Positions 1 to 9,948 of a DNA stretch of 64,000 nucleotides are shown piece by piece. The stretch comes from Coleofasciculus chthonoplastes F2-STO-03 (GTDB lineage: Bacteria; Cyanobacteriota; Cyanobacteriia; Cyanobacteriales; Coleofasciculaceae), in contig JAVJWO010000071.1 in assembly GCA_040222015.1 (NCBI GenBank), forward strand, positions 14,497 through 78,496. The letters are read 5' to 3'. The number at the start of each line of letters is the position of its first letter. Position 1 is the first letter of the stretch. The position numbers and the translations under genes were made by a program. Under the pieces are notes generated by a model, which saw only the letters and a program-made list of their open reading frames with translations, was not told where the DNA came from and did no database searches.

Positions 1-144
1 AGCGATCGCGCCTGGTTGTGCTGGTATGATACAGATTGTGACTGGGTTTTGACTCCTGAGGAACGGGAACGGCAATGAGTTGAGCGATTGGCACAACAGT
101 TGCGAGCGCTGGGCATCGAACCGGATTTGGATGAGCAGGTTTAG
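1..144 (+). pseudogene. 3' end of a Uma2-family endonuclease-like gene with a premature stop
   Basis: Frame 1 reads ..WLCWYDTDCDWVLTPEERERQ*VERLAQQLRALGIEPD.., the typical cyanobacterial Uma2 tail, with TGA at 76-78 where Arg is usual. Confidence 0.6.
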
Positions 145-308
145 CCGATAAATTATTCATCATTTATGGCAAGTTTACCCAGTAATTAACCCTGTATTTT
201 GCTGGAAAATAAGCGAGTACCATGAACAAAACATCCAGCTTATTGAATGCCTTTAATCTCCTGAAAAAAATCCTCAATTCCCTCATCACCCATCTCCGTA
301 CACAGACA

Positions 309-800
309 TTAAGAACAACCAAGAGAATCGCTTGTGGTTACGCCAGTTTTAAAATTAATCCCTGAAGCCTGCTGACATAATTGTTGCAGTTGTGCGCCAT
401 CTAGGAGAGCATCAGTGAAGTCAGCCCCCATGATTAATGTATTATCAAATACTGATCCAAGTAAGAGAGTTTCGACTAAAATCACATCACTTAAATCTGC
501 ACCCGTCAAATCTGCCTGATCTAACATGCCATAGCTTAAATCCGCACCGTGCAAATTGGCATGAGTCATCACCGAACCACTAAAAATAGCACCTCGCAAG
601 TCAGCATAGGCAAAATTACTTAACTGTAAATTGGCATTAGCAAATTCAGCCGTCTGTAAATTTTGACCGGAAAAGTCTTTGCCTGTGAGTTGGGCGTGAC
701 TGTAGGATAAGGGAGGCGGATAGTCAGCCGCTTGAGCAGATAGAGGATGAACGAATAGAGCGATCGCGACTAGGAATGCTATCAGTTGCCGAAAAATCAT
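309..800 (-). CDS. Pentapeptide repeat protein with signal peptide
   Basis: Signal peptide followed by A(D/N)Lxx repeats. Confidence 0.9.
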   Translation of the reverse strand: MIFRQLIAFLVAIALFVHPLSAQAADYPPPLSYSHAQLTGKDFSGQNLQTAEFANANLQLSNFAYADLRGAIFSGSVMTHANLHGADLSYGMLDQADLTGADLSDVILVETLLLGSVFDNTLIMGADFTDALLDGAQLQQLCQQASGINFKTGVTTSDSLGCS

Positions 801-901
801 CTCAAATGCCTGATTGACCTTAATGCTTGTCCCCTATTAAATCTGATTGGTGTTAAGTCGGTCAAATTCAGACGGTGGAGGTAGCAGACGTGCAAGACTT
901 A

Positions 902-1039
902 TGTAGTGGCGTGACACAGCTAAAATGGTGGCATAGATTGTAGGTTGGGTTGACGACAGGAAACGCAACAGGATATAGGGCTAAAGCCCTTACTACAAGC
1001 CGAATCTAATCTATCAAATAAGGTGTGCCACGCCAGTAG
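902..1039. repeat. MITE-like element with imperfect terminal inverted repeats
   Basis: TAGTGGCGTGACACA...GTGTGCCACGCCAGTA; the same left end recurs at ~52068. Confidence 0.55.
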
Positions 1040-1272
1040 GTTAACGTAGAAGACCTAGGTAGATCAGCGCAGAATACCTAGATAGATTAGCGCAGAAGAC
1101 TTAGTCATCCCTTGCTCGGATACGCTGATCCCCCCCTAAAAAGTCGGGGGATTTTAGGTTGTTTTTCCGCCTCTTTTCCCAGAACAAGGTTGTGCTCGTT
1201 TCCAAAAGCCGCTTGCGTGTTTACATCTTATGTCGGTATAGTTGCTGACATCAGACATAAGACATCAGACCA

Positions 1273-2034
1273 ATGACCAAACTTGGAGCATTAATCTTTG
1301 ACGTTGATGGGACATTAGCCAATACCGAACAAGAGGGACACCGCGTAGCATTTAACCGCGCCTTTGCCGAAGCTGGATATGATTGGAATTGGTCTGTTTC
1401 CCTCTATGGTGAATTACTCGCGGTTGCTGGTGGGAAAGAACGTATCCGCTATTATTTGAACCAATATCGCCCCGATTTCCAACCTCCTGGCAATTTCGAC
1501 GAGTTCATTGCTAATCTGCACCGGGCAAAAACTCAACATTATCGCCAACTGATCGCCACGGGATCTATCCCCCTACGCCTTGGTGTGCAACGATTGATTA
1601 AAGGGGCGCGATCGCAAGGAATACGGTTAGCGATAGCCACCACTACCGCCCCTACTAATGTAACTGCCCTTTTGCAGCATACCCTAGGGCATGAGAGTCC
1701 GGCGTGGTTTGACGCGATCGCGGCGGGTGATATCGTCCCCGCCAAAAAACCCGCCCCCGATATTTACAACTATGTACTGCGGCAAATGGATTTTCCACCC
1801 CAAGACTGTTTAGCGATCGAAGATTCTGATCAGGGTTTAATTGCGGCTACACAAGCAGGTATCACGACACTAATTACAGTCAACAATTATACAAAAGACC
1901 AAGATTTTACCCAGGCAGTACTCGTGTTAAATCATCTCGGAGAACCAGATCAACCCTTTAGCGTTCTCGCTGGAGATGCTGGAGATAACCAATATGTTGA
2001 TATAGAACTCCTGAATCATCTCCATCACCGTTAG
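1273..2034 (+). CDS. HAD-family hydrolase, CbbY-like
   Basis: FDVDGTL motif I, GHRVAFN, KKPAPDIY, IEDS. Confidence 0.9.
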   Translation: MTKLGALIFDVDGTLANTEQEGHRVAFNRAFAEAGYDWNWSVSLYGELLAVAGGKERIRYYLNQYRPDFQPPGNFDEFIANLHRAKTQHYRQLIATGSIPLRLGVQRLIKGARSQGIRLAIATTTAPTNVTALLQHTLGHESPAWFDAIAAGDIVPAKKPAPDIYNYVLRQMDFPPQDCLAIEDSDQGLIAATQAGITTLITVNNYTKDQDFTQAVLVLNHLGEPDQPFSVLAGDAGDNQYVDIELLNHLHHR

Positions 2035-2336
2035 GGTGTCCCTTGCTGTCACCACAGTTAACGGTGACAAGACTACAATTAATAGTGGGTCAGACGCTAC
2101 ATTTCCTCTTCCCCAATCGCCAATCACCTAACTTTACAAATCTGAGTCCAAAATTCTATTATTATAGCAATAATATCTCAGCCATGATATCATGTCTCTC
2201 TAGACAGTGATTCTTGACTTTTACCGTACCAGCTTAGTTCTTACCTTGGAGTCATTTGCCCTCGGTAGTACCAACGTGTAACTATTCAACCGAACCTGAT
2301 AATGACCGGCTTGTCCCGCAGTGATAGGGTAGCGTT

Positions 2337-3068
2337 ATGACCTATAGCCTTAGAATTGCCGATATTCCTGCTAGCGAACGTCCACGCGAACGATTAATGG
2401 CGATCGGTGCCAAAAATTTGGCGACAGCGGAACTGATTGCTATTTTACTTGCCACAGGTCAGGGGAAAGGTAAACTTTCGGCAGTCGGTTTGGGACAATA
2501 TATTTTGCAGCAATTAAGTCAAGATGAGCGTGATCCTATGGCGGTATTGCGAGATATCTCCCCTCAAGAGTTAATGCGTATCCATGGCGTCGGACCAGCC
2601 AAAGCCGCCACGATGCTAGCCGCCATTGAACTGGGAAAACGCACCTTTCAGTCTCGCCCCACAGAAGGCACTATAATTGATAGTCCCATGGCGGCGGCGG
2701 CGGCTTTCAGTCATGAGTTAATGTGGCAAACTCAGGAACGTTTTGCTGTGTTGCTGTTGGATGTGAAAAATCACTTATTGGGGATTAAACTCATCTCAGT
2801 TGGTACAGCAACGGAAACATTAGCCTGTCCTCGCGAGATTTTACAAGCCGTCTTGCGCCATGGGGCGACACGGTTTATTATCGGGCATAGTCATCCAACG
2901 GGTAGTGTTGAACCTTCTGAGAAAGACATTTTCTTGACCAAACAGCTTTTGCAGGGGGCGCTGCTAATCGAAACACCTTTAGTGGACCACCTGATTTTGG
3001 GAAATGGCAATCACCAGAGTCTACATCACACCACTTCATTATGGAAGGAATATCCCCAAGATATTTAG
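2337..3068 (+). CDS. radC: RadC/JAB-domain protein
   Basis: ERPRERL start, HhH motif, HSHPTG..PS..D JAMM motif. Confidence 0.9.
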   Translation: MTYSLRIADIPASERPRERLMAIGAKNLATAELIAILLATGQGKGKLSAVGLGQYILQQLSQDERDPMAVLRDISPQELMRIHGVGPAKAATMLAAIELGKRTFQSRPTEGTIIDSPMAAAAAFSHELMWQTQERFAVLLLDVKNHLLGIKLISVGTATETLACPREILQAVLRHGATRFIIGHSHPTGSVEPSEKDIFLTKQLLQGALLIETPLVDHLILGNGNHQSLHHTTSLWKEYPQDI

Positions 3069-3133
3069 GGTCTGCTGAATATTTCTAGCTAAAAGCTTAA
3101 ATCGACGCCACCCATCACTTAATTATCTCAAAA

Positions 3134-3207
3134 TCGGGATGACAGGATTTGAACCTGCGACCCCCTCGTCCCGAACGAGGTGCGCTACCAAGCTGCGCTA
3201 CATCCCG
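3134..3207 (-). tRNA. tRNA-Pro (CGG)
   Basis: Reverse complement CGGGATGTAGCGCAGCTTGGTAGCGCA-CCTCG-TTCGGGA-CGAGG..GGTTCAAATCC..CATCCCGA folds as a cloverleaf. Confidence 0.95.
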
Positions 3208-3278
3208 TAATATCTCATCCATACTACCACAGACTTGTTAGGATTAACACTGGTACTTTCGTGGGAGCATGTTCAGGA

Positions 3279-4166
3279 GTGGTCGTTAAACCTGAATGGT
3301 TAAGAGTCAAAGCACCGCAATGGCAGCGTGTAGGCAACGTTAAGGATATTTTACGGGATTTGGCACTGAATACTGTCTGTGAGGAAGCCTCTTGTCCCAA
3401 TATCGGTGAGTGCTTCAATGCTGGCACTGCTACCTTTTTAATTATGGGACCTGCCTGTACCCGTGCTTGTCCTTATTGTGATATTGATTTCGAGAAGAAA
3501 CCCAAACCCCTTGATCCTACAGAACCTACCCGATTAGCGGAAGCAGTAGGGCGACTGAAACTTCAGCATGTGGTGATTACTTCGGTTAATCGGGATGATT
3601 TACCTGATGGGGGTGCTTCTCAATTTGTCCACTGCATTGAAGCGATTCGCGCTATCTCGCCTCAAACCACCATCGAAGTATTAATTCCTGATTTGTGTGG
3701 CAATTGGGATGCCCTAGAAACCATTCTCCAAGCTAAACCCGAAGTCCTCAACCATAATACCGAAACCATCCCCCGACTCTATCGACGAGTACGCCCTCAA
3801 GGAGATTATCCGCGATCGCTGGAACTTCTCCAACGCACTCACGAACTCGCCCCCTGGATTTACACTAAATCTGGCATCATGGTGGGATTAGGTGAAACAG
3901 ATGCCGAAGTGCGCCAAGTTATGCAGGATATGCGAGCCGTCAATTGTGATATTCTCACCATTGGGCAATATCTTCAACCGAGTCAAAAGCATTTAGGTGT
4001 GACTGAGTTTATCACCCCAGAACAGTTTGATACTTGGCGAGAGTTTGGCGAATCTATCGGCTTTTTACAAGTTGTCTCCTCCCCCCTCACCCGCAGTTCC
4101 TATCATGCTGGAGAGGTGAGATCATTAATGCAGCGCTATCCCCGACAAGCGCCGATGTTGGGTTGA
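3279..4166 (+). CDS. lipA: Lipoyl synthase
   Basis: [12 protein letters not shown] and CTRACPYC clusters, RSSYHA; start moved to GTG 3279 because the longer ORF overlaps the tRNA. Confidence 0.93.
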   Translation: MVVKPEWLRVKAPQWQRVGNVKDILRDLALNTVCEEASCPNIGECFNAGTATFLIMGPACTRACPYCDIDFEKKPKPLDPTEPTRLAEAVGRLKLQHVVITSVNRDDLPDGGASQFVHCIEAIRAISPQTTIEVLIPDLCGNWDALETILQAKPEVLNHNTETIPRLYRRVRPQGDYPRSLELLQRTHELAPWIYTKSGIMVGLGETDAEVRQVMQDMRAVNCDILTIGQYLQPSQKHLGVTEFITPEQFDTWREFGESIGFLQVVSSPLTRSSYHAGEVRSLMQRYPRQAPMLG

Positions 4167-4238
4167 ATGTAGAGACGTGCCATGGCACGTCTCATGGCAC
4201 GTCTGTCGTGAAAAATTAACCCGATAACATCCTACAAC

Positions 4239-4535
4239 TTAAGATGACGAACGCTTGTGTTGAATAATCGCTTGGCGAAAACCTAACACAACTAAAATAT
4301 TAGATAGGGTTAAAAAAAACTCAGCACTCCCATGCAACCAATCAACATTGGCTAATTGTTCCCCAAAGGCAACCTTGGCATAAATTCCCGCCGGAATCGT
4401 CACTCCCACAAACACCAACAGCGCATAAAATCCAATCAGTGCTAACCTTGGGGTTTGTCCGGAACGAGTTAGAAACCACAAAAAACCCAGGTAAGGGAAT
4501 AAGGAAACCGCAAATAAAGTATCTTTGGAAATCAT
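4239..4535 (-). CDS. Small membrane protein (DUF3593-like)
   Basis: LFAVSLFPYLGFLWFL..LANVDWLHGSAE; usual partner of DUF2499. Confidence 0.75.
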   Translation of the reverse strand: MISKDTLFAVSLFPYLGFLWFLTRSGQTPRLALIGFYALLVFVGVTIPAGIYAKVAFGEQLANVDWLHGSAEFFLTLSNILVVLGFRQAIIQHKRSSS

Positions 4536-4607
4536 CACATTATCGATTAACGTAGGGGCGCATAGACGTGCGCCCTTGTTCATTACTCCTCTGAATGAGT
4601 ATTTTGG

Positions 4608-4961
4608 CTAAACAACATCAGCGGGCGTTTTAGATTTTTCCGATTCGCTGCTATCACTCTGATCAGCTTTTCGCGAACAGCGCCAAATCCACCAAGCGGC
4701 GGCACAAAGGGTAATATTTCCTAATACCGTCATTGAGGCTTGCAGGGTAACTAACCAATCCAAGGATTCAGGATTGTCAAAAAAGTGCCAGGTACAAGCA
4801 CACATCGCACCGACTAAGGCAGGAAACATGGCACAAGATAATGCCCACCAGTAACGATTGCCTGTAATGTCACCATAAATCCAGATTAACCAGATAGCGG
4901 CAATCCATTCGATAACGCTAGAGACGTGAATGAGCCACGTTGGAACTGAAAGGGCATGCAT
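4608..4961 (-). CDS. Ycf49-like / DUF2499 membrane protein
   Basis: MHALSVPTWLIHVSSVIEW..ACTWHFFDN. Confidence 0.8.
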   Translation of the reverse strand: MHALSVPTWLIHVSSVIEWIAAIWLIWIYGDITGNRYWWALSCAMFPALVGAMCACTWHFFDNPESLDWLVTLQASMTVLGNITLCAAAWWIWRCSRKADQSDSSESEKSKTPADVV

Positions 4962-5181
4962 AGAGAAAGTTTACTTGACGCGATCGCACAACCTCAATCA
5001 TTTTAACCCCCAGTGTCGCTCTTTTGCCCATTCCATTATGGATAGAGAGAATCACGATGCTTAAAGATGTAGCTGGCTATGCCTGGAACAGTATGCAGAT
5101 AGCCGTGCGATCGCGTCCTCGACTCTGGCACTATACAATACAATGACACAATGACGAAGGGGATTACTACATAATAAACGA

Positions 5182-6699
5182 ATGGCGCGTACCCCAAAAT
5201 TAACCTTTGACCGGGGAACTCTACTCCTCCATCCACCCCCACGGGGTAAGGCGTGGGTGGATTATGCGACATGGGATGATCGGGTAGAAAAGTTTCGGAT
5301 TCCAGGGATGCACTATCGTCCCCTGGTGGAAGTGCTGCAAGCTTCTGAGGTTGATTTTATTGATGATGCGAAGGAATTTATTCCTTTGGAGTTGGTTTCT
5401 AGCTTTGAGATGGAACCTTATCCTCATCAACAGGAAGCCTTATTAGCCTGGAAATTAGCAGGGCGTCGCGGGGTGGTGGTATTACCTACCGCCGCCGGAA
5501 AAACCTATCTGGCTCAACTGGCGATGCAATCGACGCCTCGCAGTACGTTAATTGTTGTACCCACCTTGGATTTAATGCATCAATGGTACGCCCAGTTAGA
5601 AGCCGCGTTTCCGGATGTAGAGGTAGGATTATTAGGGGGAGGTTCGCGCGATCGCACGCCAATCTTGATCTCCACTTACGATAGCGCCACAATCCACGCC
5701 GAATACCTGGGAAATCAATACGGGTTGTTAATTTTTGACGAATGTCACCACCTACCCACCGACTTTTATCGGGCAATTGCTGAATACGCGATCGCACCCT
5801 ACCGACTCGGACTTACGGCTACCCCGGAACGTACTGATGGGCGTCATAATGACCTAGATGGCTTAATCGGTCAACAGGTCTATCGCAAAAGCCCCGATGA
5901 CTTGGCTGGGTTAGCCTTGGCGGAACATAAGGTGGTGCAGATTAAAGTTAAATTATCACACCAAGAGCGCGATCGCTACGATGCTTGTCTGAAACTGCGG
6001 AATGATTTTTTAAGAGAGTCTAATATTTACTTAAGCAGTTTAGACGGATGGCAACGGTTTGTGCAAGCCAGTGCGGGTTCTCAACAAGGGCGTCGCGCCA
6101 TGTTAGCGCATCGGGAATCTAAGGAAATTGCTTTAGGAACGGAAGGGAAATTACGAGTATTAGCCGATTTAGTCGCGAAACATTATCCGGAACGGATCTT
6201 GGTATTCACAAATGATAATGCCACAGTTTATCGGATTTCCCAAGAATTGCTGATTCCTGCGATTACCCACCACACTCCTGTCAAAGAACGTCACGAGATT
6301 CTCCAACGATTTCGCGAGGGAGACTATAAAATTTTGGTCGCCTCCCATGTTTTAAATGAAGGCGTTGATGTTCCTGATGCACGAGTGGCGATTATTTTAT
6401 CGGGAACAGGTTCAGAACGGGAATATGTGCAGCGATTAGGGCGAGTGTTACGCAAGGGAACGGATCAGAATAAGTTGGCGATATTGTATGAAGTGGTGGC
6501 GGAAAATACCAGTGAAGAAGGAACATCGCAACGGCGACGCGGTTCCAGTGGAAAAGCCAAAGCTAAACCCAAACCTAAACCTAAGGAAGTGGAGAAGCCG
6601 AAGCATCGACAGTTGGAAATTTTACCCTCTCAACCTTACGAAGTGAAACCTTCTCAGTCGCCGAAAGCTGCCGAGTCTCCGGGTAAGTATGACGTATGA
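5182..6699 (+). CDS. SF2 DEAD/DEAH helicase (XPB/Rad25-like)
   Basis: LPTAAGKT, DECHH, TATPER, QRLGRVLR. Confidence 0.88.
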   Translation: MARTPKLTFDRGTLLLHPPPRGKAWVDYATWDDRVEKFRIPGMHYRPLVEVLQASEVDFIDDAKEFIPLELVSSFEMEPYPHQQEALLAWKLAGRRGVVVLPTAAGKTYLAQLAMQSTPRSTLIVVPTLDLMHQWYAQLEAAFPDVEVGLLGGGSRDRTPILISTYDSATIHAEYLGNQYGLLIFDECHHLPTDFYRAIAEYAIAPYRLGLTATPERTDGRHNDLDGLIGQQVYRKSPDDLAGLALAEHKVVQIKVKLSHQERDRYDACLKLRNDFLRESNIYLSSLDGWQRFVQASAGSQQGRRAMLAHRESKEIALGTEGKLRVLADLVAKHYPERILVFTNDNATVYRISQELLIPAITHHTPVKERHEILQRFREGDYKILVASHVLNEGVDVPDARVAIILSGTGSEREYVQRLGRVLRKGTDQNKLAILYEVVAENTSEEGTSQRRRGSSGKAKAKPKPKPKEVEKPKHRQLEILPSQPYEVKPSQSPKAAESPGKYDV

Positions 6700-7035
6700 T
6701 AGAGGTTTGTCGTTGCGCTTTAGTGCTAAAAATATTCCCATCGCCTACTATAAGTTCCATTCAGATTAAGTCCGTTTTTAACGCAGAGGGACGCAGAGGT
6801 TAGCGCAGAGGTTCGCAGAGGGAGTTTTAGGAAAAAATTTAACCTTTTATAGGATTTGAGAAATAACTGGAAACGATATAAGTACCTGGACATAAATTCT
6901 GTACCCTATACTAAGAAACCTTAAGAAGGTTCAAACTCTTACTGTTGCCTGTTGCCTAATCTCAACCGTTAACTTTAATGAAAGTCCGACTACTTACTTT
7001 ACTATGTTCTGTTCCTTTAACTATGAGGAATAATT

Positions 7036-8358
7036 GTGTTTATTAAACTTTTGATAAAAATCGTAAAACTGGGTTTGGCTGTCAGTTTAGTGTTTCCCGC
7101 AGTTTATTTTAGAACGCCATGGCTGGCAAGTTTAAGGGATTGGGCATTTGGTTTGGTGTTTATCCTCAGTTTAGGATTAATCGTTTCGGAAATTTCAGGC
7201 TGGACGAGAAATTCAAGCCAAAGACACGTTATTCTCAGCGTTTTGATTTTAGCGATCGCGTCATTCAGTTTTTCTTTGGCGGTGACGACGGAAGTTAAAT
7301 TCCAGTTGACTAAACAAGCGATTCTCAATCGAGAAGCAAGCCAACTGGAAACTCTGGGTCAGCATTTTATCGTGGGTTATCGTAATCTTGAGGAGGTAAA
7401 AACTCTGGTTGAAAAAGGCGCGATCGCGGGTGTCTTTATCACTAGACGAAATATCCAGAATAAAACCCCAGACGACATTAATAGAGAAATCCAATCGTTA
7501 CAAGCCATTCGCGCCAATCAGGGGTTATCGCCATTGTGGATAGCCACGGATCAAGAAGGCGGTATTGTCTCGCGATTATCTCCGCCTTTAACTCAATTAC
7601 CCCCCTTATCATCCATTATTAAAGATGAAAAAGAGATCTATAGTGCCAAAGAAGACGTTATCCGCTATGCTAGTATTCAGGGCAAAGAGTTGTCGGAGAT
7701 TGGTATTAATTTAAACTTTGCCCCAGTCGTGGATTTAAATTATGGGATTATCAGTTCTGAAGATAAGTATTCTAAAATTTATCTGAGAGCCATATCCGCC
7801 GATAAAGATATTGTCGCTAAAGTAGCATTATGGTATTGCCAAACCTTAGCTGACTATGGCGTAATCTGTACCATTAAACATTTCCCTGGATTGGGACGAG
7901 TGGATACGGATACCCATCTTGAGGATGCTCAATTGAAAACGTCGGTAGCGGAATTAACCCAAGCAGACTGGATGCCGTTCCGGGAAGTTATGAGTAAAAC
8001 AAACGCCTTTACGATGTTGGGACACGCTCAATTACTTGCCGTTGATCCTGACCATCCTGTCTCGTTTTCTCAACAAGTTGTTACAGACATTATTAGAGAC
8101 AAATGGCAGCATAATGGCATTCTGATTACAGATGATTTTAGTATGCATGCGGTTTATGGCAGTCGAGATGGGTTAGAGGCGGCTACGGTAAAAGCCATTA
8201 ACGCTGGAGTTGATTTAATTTTGATGGCTTACGATACAGATTTGTATTACAACGCGATGAATGCTTTGCTTCAGGCTGAATCGGCTAATCATTTAAATAT
8301 TACCGTTCTGAAAAGTAGTAATACAAGACTCAAGCAAGCTATCAAACAACTATTATGA
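7036..8358 (+). CDS. GH3 beta-N-acetylhexosaminidase-like protein with N-terminal TM helices
   Basis: DQEGG, KHFPGLG..DTH, ITDD motifs. Confidence 0.85.
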   Translation: MFIKLLIKIVKLGLAVSLVFPAVYFRTPWLASLRDWAFGLVFILSLGLIVSEISGWTRNSSQRHVILSVLILAIASFSFSLAVTTEVKFQLTKQAILNREASQLETLGQHFIVGYRNLEEVKTLVEKGAIAGVFITRRNIQNKTPDDINREIQSLQAIRANQGLSPLWIATDQEGGIVSRLSPPLTQLPPLSSIIKDEKEIYSAKEDVIRYASIQGKELSEIGINLNFAPVVDLNYGIISSEDKYSKIYLRAISADKDIVAKVALWYCQTLADYGVICTIKHFPGLGRVDTDTHLEDAQLKTSVAELTQADWMPFREVMSKTNAFTMLGHAQLLAVDPDHPVSFSQQVVTDIIRDKWQHNGILITDDFSMHAVYGSRDGLEAATVKAINAGVDLILMAYDTDLYYNAMNALLQAESANHLNITVLKSSNTRLKQAIKQLL

Positions 8359-8481
8359 ATAGTGAATAAATAGGAAGCCGTGAGGCGTGAATCAATAACA
8401 AATGGCAACATTTTCCTGACATGATTCGTCAAACTGAATAAGTTGTGTTAAATTTACCTGTTTAAGCAAGAAAAAACGGCA

Positions 8482-9948
8482 ATGAGTCATCCCGCTCCAT
8501 CAGAGTCTTCAGTTCCACCAAAACCAGCCCAACCGGAAAAACTTAATCTTGCCACGAAAATGGCTTACGGGGCGGGTGATATGGGGGCGGGGATTACAGC
8601 TACCCTGTTGGCGTTCTCCTTACTAATTTTCCTCACCAATGTAGCTGGATTAAGTCCAGGGTTAGCCAGTACGGTGCTGTTAATCGGCAAAATCTGGGAT
8701 GCGATTAATGATCCCATTGTTGGAGTATTAAGCGATCGCACTCGGTTCCGTTGGGGGCGACGCCATACCTGGATGATCCTATCCGGTATTCCCTTTGGCG
8801 TGTTCTTTTTCTTGCAATGGGTTGTACCCCCTATCAATCAGTCGGCGTTGTTTTGGTATTACGTGATTGTCAGTATTTTATTCAATATGGCGTTTACAGG
8901 CGTCAATTTGCCCTATACCGCATTGACGCCAGAACTGACTCAAGATTACAACGAACGTACCAGCTTGAATAGTTTTCGCTTTGCTTTCTCCATTGGCGGG
9001 AGTATTCTATCCCTAGCCCTGGGTCAATTTATCTTCCGAGTTATTCCTAATGATCAAGAAAAATATCTAGTCTTGGGACTCATCTGTACAGTTCTATCTG
9101 TTCTACCCGCCTATTTGTGCGTGTGGGGAACCACAGATCCAACGGCGGCGGGGGAACGGCGTTCACATGAAACGGTGGAGGAGAGTAATGAAACGGAAAT
9201 CCCTTTTTTAGAACAGCTAAAAATTGCCTTTAGCAATCGCCCTTTTCTCTATGTAATTGGGATTTATCTGTTTTCCTGGTTAGCCTTTCAGTTAACAGCG
9301 GCGATTATTCCCTATTATTTGGTTAACTGGATGGGTCAAGAGTCCTATTTTACCGCCGCCTTAGTGGTTCAATCTGTAGCATTATTGATGCTGTTTGTCT
9401 GGAATTGGGTCAGTCAGCGCGTCGGTAAACGGGCAGTTTATTTTATGGGAATGAGTGTCTGGATTGTCGGTCAAGGCGGACTATTCTTTTTACCACGGGA
9501 TCAGGTTGGTTTAATGTATCTCCTCTTTGTCATGGCAGGGTTTGGTATTGCTATTGCCTATCTCATCCCTTGGTCAATGTTACCCGATGTGATTGAATTG
9601 GATGAACTGAATACGGGTCAACGGCGCGAGGGAATTTTCTATTCGTTTATGGTACTCCTGCAAAAGATAGGATTAGCCTTGGGATTGTTTCTCGTGGGAC
9701 AAGCGCTGGATTTGGCGGGGTTTTTGACTAGTGAACCGGGTCAACCGATACCCGAACAACCGGCTTCAGCGCTGCTGGCGATTCGGTTAGTTGTTGGTCC
9801 ATTGCCTACCGTGTTCTTACTTTGTGGATTAATTTTGGCATATTTCTATCCCATCACTCGCGAAATTCATGCAGAAATTCTGTTACAGCTTCAGGAACGC
9901 AAGTCGGGTACTGATACTTCTGCTGACGAAGGTTCGGAATTTGAGTGA
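8482..9948 (+). CDS. GPH/MelB-family MFS transporter
   Basis: WDAINDPIVG..SDRT..WGRR, RREGIFY, many TM helices. Confidence 0.9.
   Translation: MSHPAPSESSVPPKPAQPEKLNLATKMAYGAGDMGAGITATLLAFSLLIFLTNVAGLSPGLASTVLLIGKIWDAINDPIVGVLSDRTRFRWGRRHTWMILSGIPFGVFFFLQWVVPPINQSALFWYYVIVSILFNMAFTGVNLPYTALTPELTQDYNERTSLNSFRFAFSIGGSILSLALGQFIFRVIPNDQEKYLVLGLICTVLSVLPAYLCVWGTTDPTAAGERRSHETVEESNETEIPFLEQLKIAFSNRPFLYVIGIYLFSWLAFQLTAAIIPYYLVNWMGQESYFTAALVVQSVALLMLFVWNWVSQRVGKRAVYFMGMSVWIVGQGGLFFLPRDQVGLMYLLFVMAGFGIAIAYLIPWSMLPDVIELDELNTGQRREGIFYSFMVLLQKIGLALGLFLVGQALDLAGFLTSEPGQPIPEQPASALLAIRLVVGPLPTVFLLCGLILAYFYPITREIHAEILLQLQERKSGTDTSADEGSEFE

Noticed and set aside
3180..3278. N-terminal extension of LipA
   Set aside because: It overlaps tRNA-Pro; recognisable LipA sequence starts at VVKPEWL.
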